From Squalus acanthias (taxonomy: Eukaryota), in contig CM059432.1 of the NCBI GenBank assembly GCA_030390025.1, positions 93,560,001-93,624,000 on the forward strand: 64,000 bases of DNA, in the 5' to 3' direction. Every line of letters starts with the position of its first letter. Positions within the stretch are counted from its first letter, which is position 1. Shown piece by piece: positions 38,902 to 52,114 of the stretch. A program made the translations under genes and the position numbers. The notes below the pieces were generated by a model. It saw only the letters and a program-made list of their open reading frames with translations, searched no databases and was not told the origin of the DNA.

Positions 38902-41900
38902 TGGAAATACTTAGAATTCTGATCTCTCTCTCGGTTTATAAGCATTAGAAATGCTGTTCCAGGAGATCAAATCTCTCTCAATTCATGAGCCGAGTAACAA
39001 GTCATAAATAAAGCCAGTCAATGCATGCTCTAGGGGAAAATTGAAGACGGCTAAAGGAATGTGAAAAATCATTGATGGCCTTAGTTGCCACTTAACAGTG
39101 GAGGCGCGGGTTTGTTCTGCTTGTTTATTCCTAGCAGATCACTGGCAGCTTAAAGCTGTGTAGAGACACAAAGCAGAAAGCAATCTCTTGCAAGTGGTGC
39201 CAGTGCATAAAATGAACTAACTCAGTTGAATAAAAAGAGCACAATAACCGCTTTGTAACTACTCTAAGTGAATGGACTAGTAATAAATATACAACACATG
39301 CAAAACAGAGCGCCAAGGCTCTTACACAAATTAATACTGAGGAGATTTCAACAGTAACTCTACTAGACTAACTGCAACACATGGATGTGGAGAGAAACTA
39401 TATGAAGATTAAAGGAGATCTGTGTTTGAAGAGGTCACAGTAGATATAGAATACATGTTATTAGATCAAGAAAATTTCTTTAAGTATGACAACTGAAGAT
39501 TTATTGCTTTTATTAGAAACTTCTATACAATCTGTTATATTCCAAAGGACAGATTTATAGATACTTTGAATTACTGCCTTTTAACTAATTTCCATCAAGA
39601 AGATTGAGTTTACAGTTCACATCATCAGAACCCCAAAATGAAATTATTTCCTTTATCCAACTTCCAGGTACAGTGGGTTCTCTTATTTTTGAAATCCGAT
39701 TTGTCACTGGGAAACAGCAAAATGCCATTATAACTGGAAGTGGCTGATTACAAATTTTGACTCACAGGTTATAGGTACTGAGAAATCAATGTTTCTACAA
39801 TGGACCATAAACTGACATTTATACAGATTAACAAAGCTTGTGATCCAAAGACTGAAAACTTTGGTTCAGGTTGTAAATATGACTTCACAAAAGATCGTGG
39901 CCCTGGAGACTTGTTTATTGAAGCTGAACCGACCGGGATGAACACTTCTAAAACATGAAATTGAGATTCAAGCAGTTTCCAGGCATCGAGCGATTACTTA
40001 TATGGTTAACAGGTAGCACTAGTTTGCATTGATCCGGGATGCACATTTCATCACTGTTTATGCACAAAACAATGAAAGGTCAGCACACAGATACTCACTA
40101 TTGTTTGGATTATTCAATTACACAAGTGAATTTGGACCATTTTTCACAATAAATGGTATTTCAATTTATTCAAATTGACTGTATACCAAGCAGACTTTAT
40201 TCCAATACCAATTTATGTTATATAATATTAGTTATTGATACAAGTTTCCTTGTTTGAATTCATGTTTTCTGCTGTTGCTACCAAAACAGAAACCGTGCCC
40301 CCCATCCAACTCCCTCGTCTTTCACAGAGACACTCCTCTCCAACTTTCACACTTTGTACGGTCATTCTTTCTCCAATTCAACCTGGCATTCTTTTCCACC
40401 TCTAAACTAGTTAAGCTGCTCCTCTTCTTCCACTCTCCTTATTCAAGCTGGTGTTCCTCCTTCCCATCACCTCTCCCAAAGAGCTCACGCTGGCACTTTT
40501 TGCTCTATATGCCCAACTTATGCTGGCATTCTCCTTCCTCTCCATCCCAAGTGCCATGCCCAGCTTCTCCCCTCTTACCCCCTTAAGTACTGCTTTCAGC
40601 TGCTGCCCCTTTCCTTCTCCCCTTAATTACCACCCATTTCCCCATTCCATTTATCTCCCCTTCATTGGCAACCATTGCCCCCTGTCCATCCATAGCATCC
40701 ATCAATCCATTTCCTCCTTTTATTGCCATCCACTCCCCTCACTGCTATTCATTCTCCCCCTCCATCTTCTTGTTGCATTTTGACAGGCATTTTACTCCCT
40801 CTCCTTGTCAACCATTTCTCCTCACCTTGTCAATCATTTTCCCCCGCCAACCCGTCTACTCCTACCCGAGTCCAGTGGCTTATTCACCAGAGCTCTTCCA
40901 TCTTTCCTTTAACTTTTTAAAACATCAGACAATGAATATTAGAATGATCATTTTTCAATTTATCCGTGCAAGTTAGACAAGCCTCACTCCCCCCCTTTCA
41001 GTGCACTCCTGACGCTCAGGGCCGGATTTGCCTTCTGTGTATACTCGAGAAAATCCACTCTCACAACCCATTCAATGTACATAGGCAGCCATCCTGGCCA
41101 TTAGCACAGGAGGCATGCTGAAAGGAGGAGTGGGGCCTGTACAGTGTACAACTCGGATGGAGCAGGACCAGGGATCTGGGGGCAGAAAGGGGCCCAAGTA
41201 GCACTGATTTGTGTCAGCAAATGCTGCCCGGGCCCCCAAGGTGCTGACGGTCAGTAGAAAATGCTATCTATTTCTAGGAGGTACCTGACGGGGACATAAT
41301 GAAGCAGGCCTCTCTGCAATGAGGCCTGCAGAGCCTCGTCAAGGAGGACAAAAAAAAATCAGCCAGGCAACTTCATGCAGTCCAGTAATCATTCATCAAA
41401 CCATCAGACTCTTCTTATTTGATACTGATGTTTTTTGGTTGCCTCTCACCATTGTGTTTACTGAGAATTGTGAATCTCAGCTGCTATTTATATATCAATT
41501 TCAGGTAAATATATGGATTTTTACACAGATGGTGGATGCAGTTCAATGCAGAGATGCAAGGTGGTACATTATATTTAAAAAAGCAGTGAAAGGAAGTAGG
41601 GCTTGGGGGATGCAGAAATTCAGGTCGAGGATCACTAGGTGAATAAAGGGGGAAATGTGGAAGAATTTTTTATGGAAATGGTTCTTATAAAATTGAATAT
41701 TTCTTACAAGTGGTTATTGAAACAATGACAAGAACATAATTTAAAAGAAATTGGACAGGTATTTGAAAAAAGAATATAAAAAGGACAGACAAATGGTTGA
41801 CTTCAGTTGAAGAGCTAACATCAACAGACACAATGGGCCGAATGACTTCCTTTATTGCTGCAAGTTTTTCAATTCTAGGATGAATAAAACACACATTCAT

Positions 41901-42316
41901 TTTTCCCTCATTCATTTGAATTAGCGTCAAGTAAATGATAATTAAACAGTAACATCCCAATTATTACCAGTTCATGTGGTCGAACCACACAACGTCCCAT
42001 CATAAGGCATTGACAACAATCTAGAGGTACACATTTATAATTCCAACCAAGCGAACATATTTGTGCAACATGTTTATTTTACAGAATGGTTTTGTCTGTA
42101 GCTACACAGCAAGTAGATCAATTTGAAGATTAAATCCCATGATAACCACAGCTTTAGAAAATGTGTTATTTATATTCTGATAGAACGACTGCATCCTGCA
42201 TGCACATTTTAATCAAGAAAGCAGAACATGGTTTTGAAAAGCGTTCTTACTGCAGAATGTGCCATGAACAATACAACAAAGCATAATCGAAGTGAAAAAT
42301 ATGGTGGATTGTGCTA

Positions 42317-43540
42317 CATAGAAACATAGATGATAGGAGCAGGAGTAGGCCATTCGGCCCCTCGAGCCTGCTCCGCCATTCAATGCGATCATGGCTGATC
42401 ATCCAAATTCAGTACCCTGTCCCTGCTTTCTCCCCATATCCTTGGTCCCCTTAGCCTTAAGAAATATATCTAACTCCTTCTTGAATATATTTAATGAATT
42501 GGACTCAACTGTCTTCTGCAGTAGAGAATTCCACAGGTTCACCACTCTCTGGGTGAAGAAATTCCTCCTCATCTCAGTCCTAAATGGCTTACCCCTTATC
42601 TTTAGACTGTGAGCCCTGGTTCTGGACTCCCCCGCCATCGGGAACATCCTTCCTGCATCTAGTCTGTCTAGTCCTGTTAGAATTTTATAAGTTTCAATGA
42701 GATCCCCTCTCATTCTTCTAAACTCTAGCGAATATAAGCCTAATCGACCCAATCTCTCTTCATACGTCATTCCTGCCATCCCAGGTATCAGTCTGGTAAA
42801 TCTTCGCTACACTCCCTCCATGGCAAGAACATCCTTCCTCAGATAAGGCGACCAAAACTGCACACAATACTCAAGGTGTGGTCTCACCAAGGCCCTGTAC
42901 AACTGCAGCAAGACATCCTTGCTCCTGTACTCAAATCCTCTCGCTATGAAGGCCAACATACCATTTGCCTTCTTAACCGCCTGCTGCACCTGCATGCTTA
43001 CCTTCAGCGATTGGTGCACAAAGACACCCAGGTCTCGTTGCACTTCCCCTTTTCCCAATCTATTGCCTTTCAGATAATAATCTGCCTTCCTGTTTTTGCC
43101 ACCAAAGTGGATAACCTCGCATTTATCCACATTATACTGCATTTGCCATGCATCTGCCCAATCACCCAACCTGTCCAAATCATACTGCAGTTTCTCTGCA
43201 TCCTCCTCACAGCACACACGCCCACCCAGCTTTGTGTCGTCTGCAAACTTGGAGATATTACATCTAGTTCCCTCGTCTAGATCATTAAATATATATTGTG
43301 AATAACTGGGGTCCTAGCACCGATCCCTGCGGTACCCCACTAGTCACTGGCTGCCACTCGGAAAAAGACCCGTTTATTCCAACTCTTTGCTTCCTGTCTG
43401 CCAACCAGTTTTCTATCCAAGTCAGTACCTTACCCCCAATCCCATGTGCTTTAACTTTGCACGCTAATCTCTTATGCGGGACCTTATCGAAAGCCTTCTG
43501 AAAGTCCAAATACACCACATCCACTGGTTCTCCCTTATCT
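42317..43540 (-). mobile_element. 5'-truncated CR1/HER1 LINE
   Basis: [23 protein letters not shown] and LVRPHLEYCVQFWSPY motifs plus tail. Confidence 0.95.
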
Positions 43541-44393
43541 ACATAATTATATTTATATCAGGGATCAGTGCTGGGCCTCAACTATTTTCAATCTATATTA
43601 ATTATATCTACATAATTATATTTATTATTACAAGGAATTCAATTTCTTCCCAATCCATTACTTATTTCATAACTGCAATTAAATATTATATGGCCTTTAT
43701 TTGGGATATAATGGAAGGCAGGAAGTTTGCATACATGTTGATGACCTGAAATAATAGTATGCCTTATTTATAAACAAATGAAGACCCAGTAAACTATTAA
43801 AGTTTTAACATAAGAAATAGGAGCAGGAGCAGGCCCTTATTCAAAAAAGGAGGGAGACAAAAAGCAGGAAACTATAGGCCAGTTAGCCTAACATCTGTCA
43901 TTGGGAAAATGCTGGAATCCATTATTAAGGAAGTAGTAGCAGGTAATTTAGAAAATCATAATACAATCAAACAGAATCAACATGGTTTTATGAAAGGGAA
44001 ATCGTGTTTGACAAATCTATTAGAGTTCTTTGAGGAGGTAACAAGCAGGGTGGATAAAGGGGAACCAGTAGATGTAGTGTATTTGGATTTCCAAAAGGCA
44101 TTCGACAAGGTGCCACATAAAAGGTTACTGCATAAGATAAGAACTCATGGTGTTGGGGGTAATATATTAGATTGGATAGAGGATTGGCTAACTAACAGAA
44201 AACAGAGTCGGCATAAATGGGTCATTTTCAGGATGGCAATCTGTAACTAGTGGGGTGCCACAGGGATTAGTGCTGGGCCTCAACTATTTTCAATCTATAT
44301 TAATGACTTGGATGAAGGAAGCGAGTGTATTGTAGCCAAATTTGCGGACGATACAAAGATAGGTGGGAAAGCAAGTTGTGAGGAGGACATAAA

Positions 44394-47300
44394 GGGCTCG
44401 ATTTTAAATCCCAAGGCAGATTGGAGTCGGGTTGTGTGGTGGGTGGGTTCGGGAGCCGCTTCCGGCGGGATCATCTGCAAATGCGCGATTTTTATTCAAC
44501 AAGCTTGTTAATTTCTTGGAGGCGCGCTGGCTGGTCCAATGAGTGGGATCGGGTCGGCTGGCCGCCTCTGATGATGTCATAATACCAGCTGCTTTTAAAG
44601 CTGCCATCCAGCCTGAGCCTTTCCATTATGGTTTCCTGCACTTGATTTAAAAGCTATGACTTCTTCCAGAGGCAAGGCAGCTCCTCGTTTTAATGATGAG
44701 TCCCTCCACGTTCTTGTGGATGCTGTCAGAGGGCGCAGGTAGATTCTCTTCCCTCCTGATGGCTGGAGGAAGCCTCCTCAGCAGACCAAGGCAGCCTGGC
44801 TGCACATTGTTCAGGAGGTGAGCGCAAGGTCCATTTATGCACAGGTCATGGGCCCAGTGCCGCAAAAGGTTTAATGATCTTGTGAGAACATCAAAAGTGA
44901 GTATCCCATCTCACTTGCCTTCACTCTGCTTCCCTTCTCTTCTCATCACCAGCACTCTGCGTTGTAAGCCTCCTCCTTCACATCCCACCTTACTCTTACT
45001 TCCCTTGCACCCTTTCCTATCCATCTCTGTCTCTGTACTGAATCACTTCAGCATCCTGCCTATGCACCCCTTAGACTCGCTCTCACTCTCATGCAGTGAC
45101 AACAACTAATAACACACAGGGAGCTAGCTTCCTCTTGGCACCTTACCCATCTTCGTCTCCCTCAAAGCTTCTATGGTAGGGATTCTTCACACTCACTCCA
45201 TCACTGTGGCTGAAACACCGCTTGTGTCCCTCCTTGCAGGAAAAGATAGCCCACAAAAAGAGGGAGAGAGCAATGACTAGAGGACGAACACCTATACTAG
45301 CAACTTTGACCAGTGCGGAGGAGGCTGCTAACGAGGTTGTTGGAGGTGGCGAGGACCTGGAAGTGGGCGATGGACAGACGGGCACACTAGAGGAAGCTGG
45401 TGACATAATAGAGTTTCATCCCTCTCAGAAAGCAATGGCATATGATGTTCATAGAGAATCGCATTGTATCATCTGCTCAAAAGGATGTGTCTGCTACATC
45501 AATATCAGATGTCTAATTCAAGCCTTTACTCTCCCACAGGACTATGGAGCGTCCTCCTCCCCAAGATCCAGGACGAAGACCCGGACAAATCCTCAGGAGG
45601 AACCTGAAGCCTCTGAGGGACCAGCATCACCAGGACTCAGTGTACCCAGCAGCAACGCACACCTCGGTGGGGCCATCGCGAGTTAGAGTAGTGTTGCCAC
45701 CTGGTCTATCACAGCGCACAAGTGAGCATCAGCAGATGGTGGAGACAGCAACAGCAGTGGAGAGTCCTCGGTGGAGGTCGCAGGACTCTCCTAGCTCTGC
45801 TGAGCTGCATGCAGACGCTGTGCCTCTGGGGCCATCCAGAAAAAGAGCGGTTCGTGAAATACAGGATCAAGTGCAGGTGTCTCTGGAAGGGTTTGCCTCC
45901 AGGGTTAGTGCGAGTGTGGAGAGAATGGAGGAGTTCATCTCTAACATCAGCACTGTCGTGGTGGAGGCAATGGCACATGAATGCACCACCATGGATAGGA
46001 TGGCAACCTCCGTGGAAAGGCTGGCTACCTCAGTGGAAAAGCTGGCTATAGCCATGGAGGAAATAAGTCGCCAGAGTCAGGAAAACATGGTGACTGTTCA
46101 AAATAGAATGACATCTCTGGAGGAGCGATAGGCAGCTATTGAGCAGAGAGACCAGAGCTTCATGGACATCCTTGTGATGAGGACTGCCAGTGCAGATACG
46201 GATCCTCATGGCCCCCCTGATGTGCGGCAAGGTGCTCTCCAGCCACTTGCCAGCACTGAGGGGCGGCTGACCCATGAGAGGGATGTTGTTGGCAGGACAG
46301 AAGGAAGTGTGGGCTCCTCTCAAAGCGCTCACACGACCATGGCACTGCGGAGCCCTCAGTCAGAGACCCACTTTGCAGAGACAACCGAGATGGCCGTTTC
46401 AGCCCCTGCACAGCCGCAGGAAGAGCAGACTGTTGAAGAGCCCTCCCAGGCTCCCAAACCCAGAGGACGCCCGCCAAAGGCGTCTAAGCAGGCACAGGCG
46501 CCTAGTCAGCAAGGTGCCTCTACATCTGCTGAAGCCACAGGGGAAGAACCATGTAGAAGCACGCGTAAGAGAAAGATTAAGCACCTATAGTCACAAGGGG
46601 ACTCACTTGGGTGATGTTTCTTTTTTTTCTGACTCTTGCTGGCTTATTATCATTTTGTCATGTGTTAAAGATAAATTATGTCAAACAGTTGATTGTGTGG
46701 CCTATGTGTTATGCGAAATGGCAAAAGCGCATTGAGGGTTCAGGGTGACTTGCTTTTGTAATGCTGATGGTAAAAGTGAAAAGAAATAACAAGGTATAGC
46801 AGAGATTATGTATGACGTTGGACAAGTGTCACCTGCAATTACAGAGCCATATGGTAGCCACCTATGGTTGAAGAGTAAGCTTATGCTAATGTGGCATGGT
46901 ATTGTGCATACCCTGCTTGACGGGCAACAGTGAACTGGAGGGATGCTGCATTGGTCACAACAGGGCATGCAAGGCACCCCTCGTCCTCCTCCTACTCCTC
47001 TTCCCAGGAAGATCTGTGCTGAGCCATGTGGCTGCTACTCCTCGGATTATGAGGACCCGGATGAAAGGGCATAAATGTTTCCCATGCCCTTGCTATAGAT
47101 TTAATTTGAGGCAACAAGCTTGCAAGCGCACAGTCGAAATGGCCTGAAATTATTCCATTCATGCCACACTGCAGATGGGTGTCAGCTTGAACAGTCAGAA
47201 GGTCAGTAGGTGTGCAAAATGTTATCCAATACCTACAACAGCAAAGTTGCTGCATTTGAATGTCAGCCATGTTTCTGGGGCGCTTTTAAAGCGCTCCACC

Positions 47301-47602
47301 AATGCATACAAATCAGGTCCTCCAGCAACTCGTCTCCTTGAACCTGGCCTGTTTCTGACAAGTTGGGAAACAGGAGCCAGAAGCACGAAAATGGGAAACC
47401 ACTATCAAAATAGGATTAGCAAGGCAGCTTACTGCCTTAACTACCTGTCCCACCGGTTCCAGGCGGGTCACTTTGAGAGAGGCTAAACAGACACTCACGA
47501 AAATCAGCTGAGGGTGGGATATAGGCGGGTTGGGTGTCTGAAGCCATTTTTTCTGATTTTCCCAACAGACCCACCTCCTCAGGGCTATTAAAAATCGAGC
47601 CC
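44394..47602 (+). mobile_element. 3.2-kb PIF/Harbinger transposon carrying a Myb/SANT-like gene, no intact transposase
   Basis: TIR GGGCTCGATTTT / AAAATCGAGCCC; AAA TSD. Confidence 0.92.
44656..46590 (+). pseudogene. Harbinger Myb/SANT-like DNA-binding protein gene, three putative exons (44656-44896, 45240-45399, ~45540-46590), disrupted
   Basis: KAAPRFNDESLHVLVDAV...KAAWLHIVQEV...RSWAQCRKRFNDL; GT-AG boundaries; coiled-coil-like segment; basic C-terminus RSTRKRKIK; in-frame stops and frameshifts. Confidence 0.85.
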
Positions 47603-49429
47603 AAAGAGTCTGCAAAGGGATAGATAGGTTAAGTGAGTGGGCAAGAATTTGGCAGATGGAGTAGAATGTGGGAAAATGTGAAGTTATCCACTTTGGTAGG
47701 AACAATAGAAAAGAAAAATATTATTTAAATGGAGAAAGACTACAGAATGCTGTGGTACAGAGGGATCTGGGTGTCCTCGTACATGAAACACAAAAAGTTA
47801 ACATGCAGGTGCAGCAAGTAATTAGGAAGGCAAATGGAATGTTGGCCTTTATTTCAAGGGGAATAGAGTATAAAAGTAGGGAAGTCTTGCTACAACTGTA
47901 CAGGGCGCTGGTGAGACCACACCTCGAGTACTGCATACAGTTCTGGCCCCCTTATTTAAAGAGGGATATACTTGCATTGGAGACAGTTGAGAAGGTTCAC
48001 TAGGTTGATTCCTGGGATGGAAGAGTTGTCTTATGAGGAAAGGTTGAGCAGGTTGGGCCTATACACATTGGAGTTTAGAAGAATGAGAGGTGATCTTATA
48101 GGAACATATAAGATTCTGAGGGGGTTGGACAGGGTAGATGCCGAGAGATGTTTTCCCTAGTCAGGGAATCTAGAACGAGGGGGCATAGTCTCAGAATAAG
48201 GGGCCGCCCATTTAAGACAGAGATGAGGAGGAATTTCTTCTCTGAGGGTCGTGAATCTTTGGAATTCTTTACCCCAGAGAGCTGTGGAAGCTGAGTCATT
48301 GAATATATTCAAGGCTGAGATAGACAGATTTTTGAGCAATAGGGGAGTCAAGGGTTATGGGGAGCGGGCAGGAAAGTGGAGTTGAGGCCAAAATCGGATC
48401 AGCCATGATCTCATTAAATGGCGGAGCAGGCTTGAGGGGCCGAATGGCCTACTCCTGCTCCTATTTCTTATGTTAAAACTTTAGTAGTTTACTGGGTCTT
48501 CATTTGTTTATAAATAAGGCATACTATTATTTCAGGTCATCAACATGTATGCAAACATAATTTCTTGATTCACTTCATATACTTATACTTCCTTAGGTTA
48601 AAATTGATAGTTATAACACTTCACCTCTGGCTCTAAAATTGATCAGCACCTTCTTGTTCAATGCTGTATGACCCCTCTCCATTTTCACCATAAACCAGAA
48701 CTCCCTGCCTCATCAAAAATGGGAGTTGTAATACGACGGCAGATCTGCATAAAAACAAATTTGAGCAGCGATAATTCATGTAGTAAAACACAAGAACCCA
48801 ACAGTTTGAAAGAGCGCAGCTCAGATCCAGCTTCATGTTGTCATTGAAGCCCTCCACCTTAAATACAAATGCTGTATCCAAACGTGGATGGTAGGCATTC
48901 TTCTGTGCACTTCATACCTTAACCCAGAGCGTGCCTTTACTGCAAAACTCAACGCTAGCTTACCCCCTCCGCATGGATTCACCTCCCCCACCCTTAACTC
49001 TACGACACACTCTCTGCCCTCCTCTTGTCCATTAAGTTTCTATGGTTCTATTGTATAGTTCTCGGGTTGACCACAAGGTCAATCAGCCTGTTGTGTCTGT
49101 GTCAGCTCCAGAACTAATCTCACTACCCCACTCTCCCCATAACTCTGTCTTTCTCTGCTTCAAATGTTTGTCTATTTTTCCTTAAAAGATATAATGGTCT
49201 CTGCCTTGACAACTCCCTGTGGCAAAGCGTTCCATGCTCTAGCTATTCGCTATCTAAAGGGATTTTCTCCTTGTTCTCTGACAGTTTTGAAATGATGAAT
49301 CTGCGTCAGTGATTCCCCAACCAGAGGAAAGAGTCTTTTCCTATTCACTCCATCAAGATCTTTCAAAGTTTTTAAAAGCTCTATTAAATGTCATCTTGGC
49401 CTTTCTCTGCTCTAGTGGAAATAGTCCAT

Positions 49430-50084
49430 GGGGGAAAAATTGAGTCGCATCCCCTTTGGGGCGCTAACTTATCAGGGGCCCGAAAAAATTAGCGCCCCAG
49501 CAGCCAACATTGAGTGGTAGCGCCCCAAGAGGGAAGCGGGGCGCTACTGGAAGCGCCCCACGTCCCTCTTGGGGCGCTGCGAGGGAATATCACGGCACGT
49601 CACGCCGCGGTACTGCAGGCCTTCCTCCCCTTCTTAAAGGGGAGGAGCCTTGCGCAGCGCAACCTGTGGCCCAGCTGGGCCACCGGGAATCGGAGGGCTG
49701 ATGGAGCGCAGCCGGCACTCCGCCGGGGGGGGGGGGGTGCTCAGGAGGCCAGGGACGGCAGCGGAGGCAGGTGCTGGCAGGTGGCCAGCAACAAAAATGG
49801 CTGCTCAGCACCTCACCTTTAAATAGCGCCGCCCCGGCCGCAGGTAGGCCCACCTGACCACGTCGGACATAGCGTCCAGCAGTAAGTCAGGGGGTGCTAC
49901 CAAAGATTGCAGCCAGGGCACGAGCGGGGCGCTGCACACGGCGATGGTGTCATCGCCAGTGGCGCAGCGCCGTGCTAACGGTTACTGCCGCCGCTAACCT
50001 CCCGCTGAATTTCGCGGGAGGCGCCGCGCCCGGGCGCTAGTTGCTTTGCGCCCCGTTAGCGCAAAGCAACCAAATTTTCCCCCC
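49430..50084. mobile_element. GC-rich Harbinger-type MITE inside an old CR1 tail
   Basis: Termini GGGGGAAAAATTG / CAAATTTTCCCCCC; AGCGCCCC repeats as in 24544-25389; TSD not clean. Confidence 0.75.
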
Positions 50085-50842
50085 TGGTATCTTAAGTCTC
50101 TCCTCATATCTATACTTTCTCATCTCTATCATCATCCTGCAGAAGATCCACTGATGATAAAGATTATCTATTTAGTGTTCCATAAGTAGTGTTTTATTTT
50201 TCAGAGAACTTACATTACTTCATAGATTAAAAAGAGTCAAGTGTCAAAATTCTACAAACAAGTAAAATGATTTTTTTTTAAATGGTTCCCAGGTGGTGAC
50301 ACTACTTCTGAATTTAACCATGTTGTTACAGTTTTGAACTTTTATGCCCAATTCCTTCCTTGTACTTAGTGCCAAAGAATACCCCTGCAAGCATGCCCTT
50401 GCTCCCCATGAACCAGCATAGGCCTTTACACACCTCAGCATCTGGGTAATTGTAATTAGCCCTGTAGTCAAACAGAAGTTTTTTGTTACTACATACAACT
50501 TACTAACTATATTAAATGCCCACACATGATCTGTGCGACTTTGAAAAGTGGTGCAACAAAATCTACTGGACCACAGCCTAGGCTATAAAATACTGAACAA
50601 ATTCATTAACAGAGAGGGAAGAAAGAAGTAGTGAGCCCAATTATTATATAGAAAATAAACATTAAACCCCAGGGTAAAACTGGACATGAAACAAGTTATC
50701 TGATAATAACTTTACATATAGTTCATTGCTATCTTTTCATGAGTCATCCATCTGTCTGCTTCAGATGATTGCTCAACTGGAGAAAGTCAGCCCAAGATAT
50801 ACTTTTTAACTATTCTGAAGTTCAACTTGTGAACAAAAAAAC

Positions 50843-50990
50843 CCACCAAAACTCTGCTGCCTGTATCCTAACCGGAACCCAGCCCTGCTCACCCATTACC
50901 TCTCTGCTCACTTACCTTCATTGGGTCCCCCAATGCCACCAATTTAAAATTCTCAAGCTTGTGTTCAAATCTCATCATGGCCCCCTGACC
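50843..50990 (+). mobile_element. Old L2 LINE fragment
   Basis: QNSAACIL...PITSLL..LHWVP...FKILKLVFKS. Confidence 0.65.
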
Positions 50991-52114
50991 AATGTTGCCT
51001 TTCCTCCGCCATGCTCTTTTCTAGATAACTTATGCCGTGCAAACATCAGGAGCCACGACATTCTATTTTTCAGGTATCAGAGCAGTAAAACAGAGTGCTG
51101 CTAACCTGGGTGAGCCACAAGTCCTTCTGTCCTACCAGATGCTTAAACCACGCGATATGTCAGCACGTACCAACGTGCATCTGCATTGAAAACTGAGCGC
51201 AAGAACCTGGAATGGGTGTCTGCACCGGACCCAGCTCCATGCAGAATTTTAAAGCCAAAAATGCAGACAGAGTGGATGCAGGGTGATAATGCTACGTAAA
51301 ACACCTGTAGTTGGCATTTATAACCTACGATGACGAATAAGCATTTAACTCTGAATTATTGTTTCAAATCAGTTTCTTAGGTTATAAACATTACTTAGTG
51401 GGTAGATTTTCCAGCAAGTAAAAAAATAAGATGGTGGTTCAAATCAGCGTTACAATATTATTTGAGCAATTTGATTGCTCAGTTTTCTGGTGCTAACTTT
51501 TCCTCATTAGTATTTACTGAATGAATCAAGCTGCTTTTGGTTCATTCATGCTTAGTCAATCAAATATTTGATTAGCTGAAATAAGGCCCTAGTTGGCAAG
51601 TTACTAATTATCAACTTTGCCTGATAGATATGTGACAGAGGGTAGGGCTAGATTTTCTGTCCCTTGACTATGAGTCAAGCCTCTGATGCCTATGAAGCTA
51701 CATTTTCAGGCGTGATGTGATAGATGTGCACTGGGCCCAAGAGCTATCACATTACTACATTCAGCTTCCTTTCCCTGTCCTCTACCCACCATGAAGCAAA
51801 GTCTTTGAGCGAATGGCTTGTTTTATCATGATTCAATTGATTAATAAAAGACACTTTTGCTGTGAGGGAATGCCGTTGATGGCAGGTGTGCAGCTTTCCC
51901 GCAGTCAATGGCACTCCCAGTATAAATGACTTGACCCCTTAAGTTCCAATAATATTGAAAGCCCAGATATTCAATGTTTGAGATCTTTCAGATTAGGCAT
52001 TTCCTCCTGTTCTTCCCTCCTAAATACATGGAGCTGCATATATGTGTCTGTGTCCTAGCATAAAAGCAACACCAAACCAGTACCCAGGTTCTGCAATTTA
52101 TATATTTTTTAAAA

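Larger units (their letters stand above)
43837..48473 (+). mobile_element. 5'-truncated CR1/HER1 LINE split by the Harbinger element (43837-44393 and 47603-48473)
   Basis: KFADDTKIGGKASCEED before the insert continues as KSLQRD-like sequence after it; tail at 48473. Confidence 0.93.

Noticed and set aside
40260..40920. Overlapping ~100-aa ORFs
   Set aside because: Pyrimidine-rich low-complexity tract depleted of stop codons
48633..48940. Short ORFs and a possible micro-exon in unique sequence
   Set aside because: No recognisable homology; splice signals no better than chance
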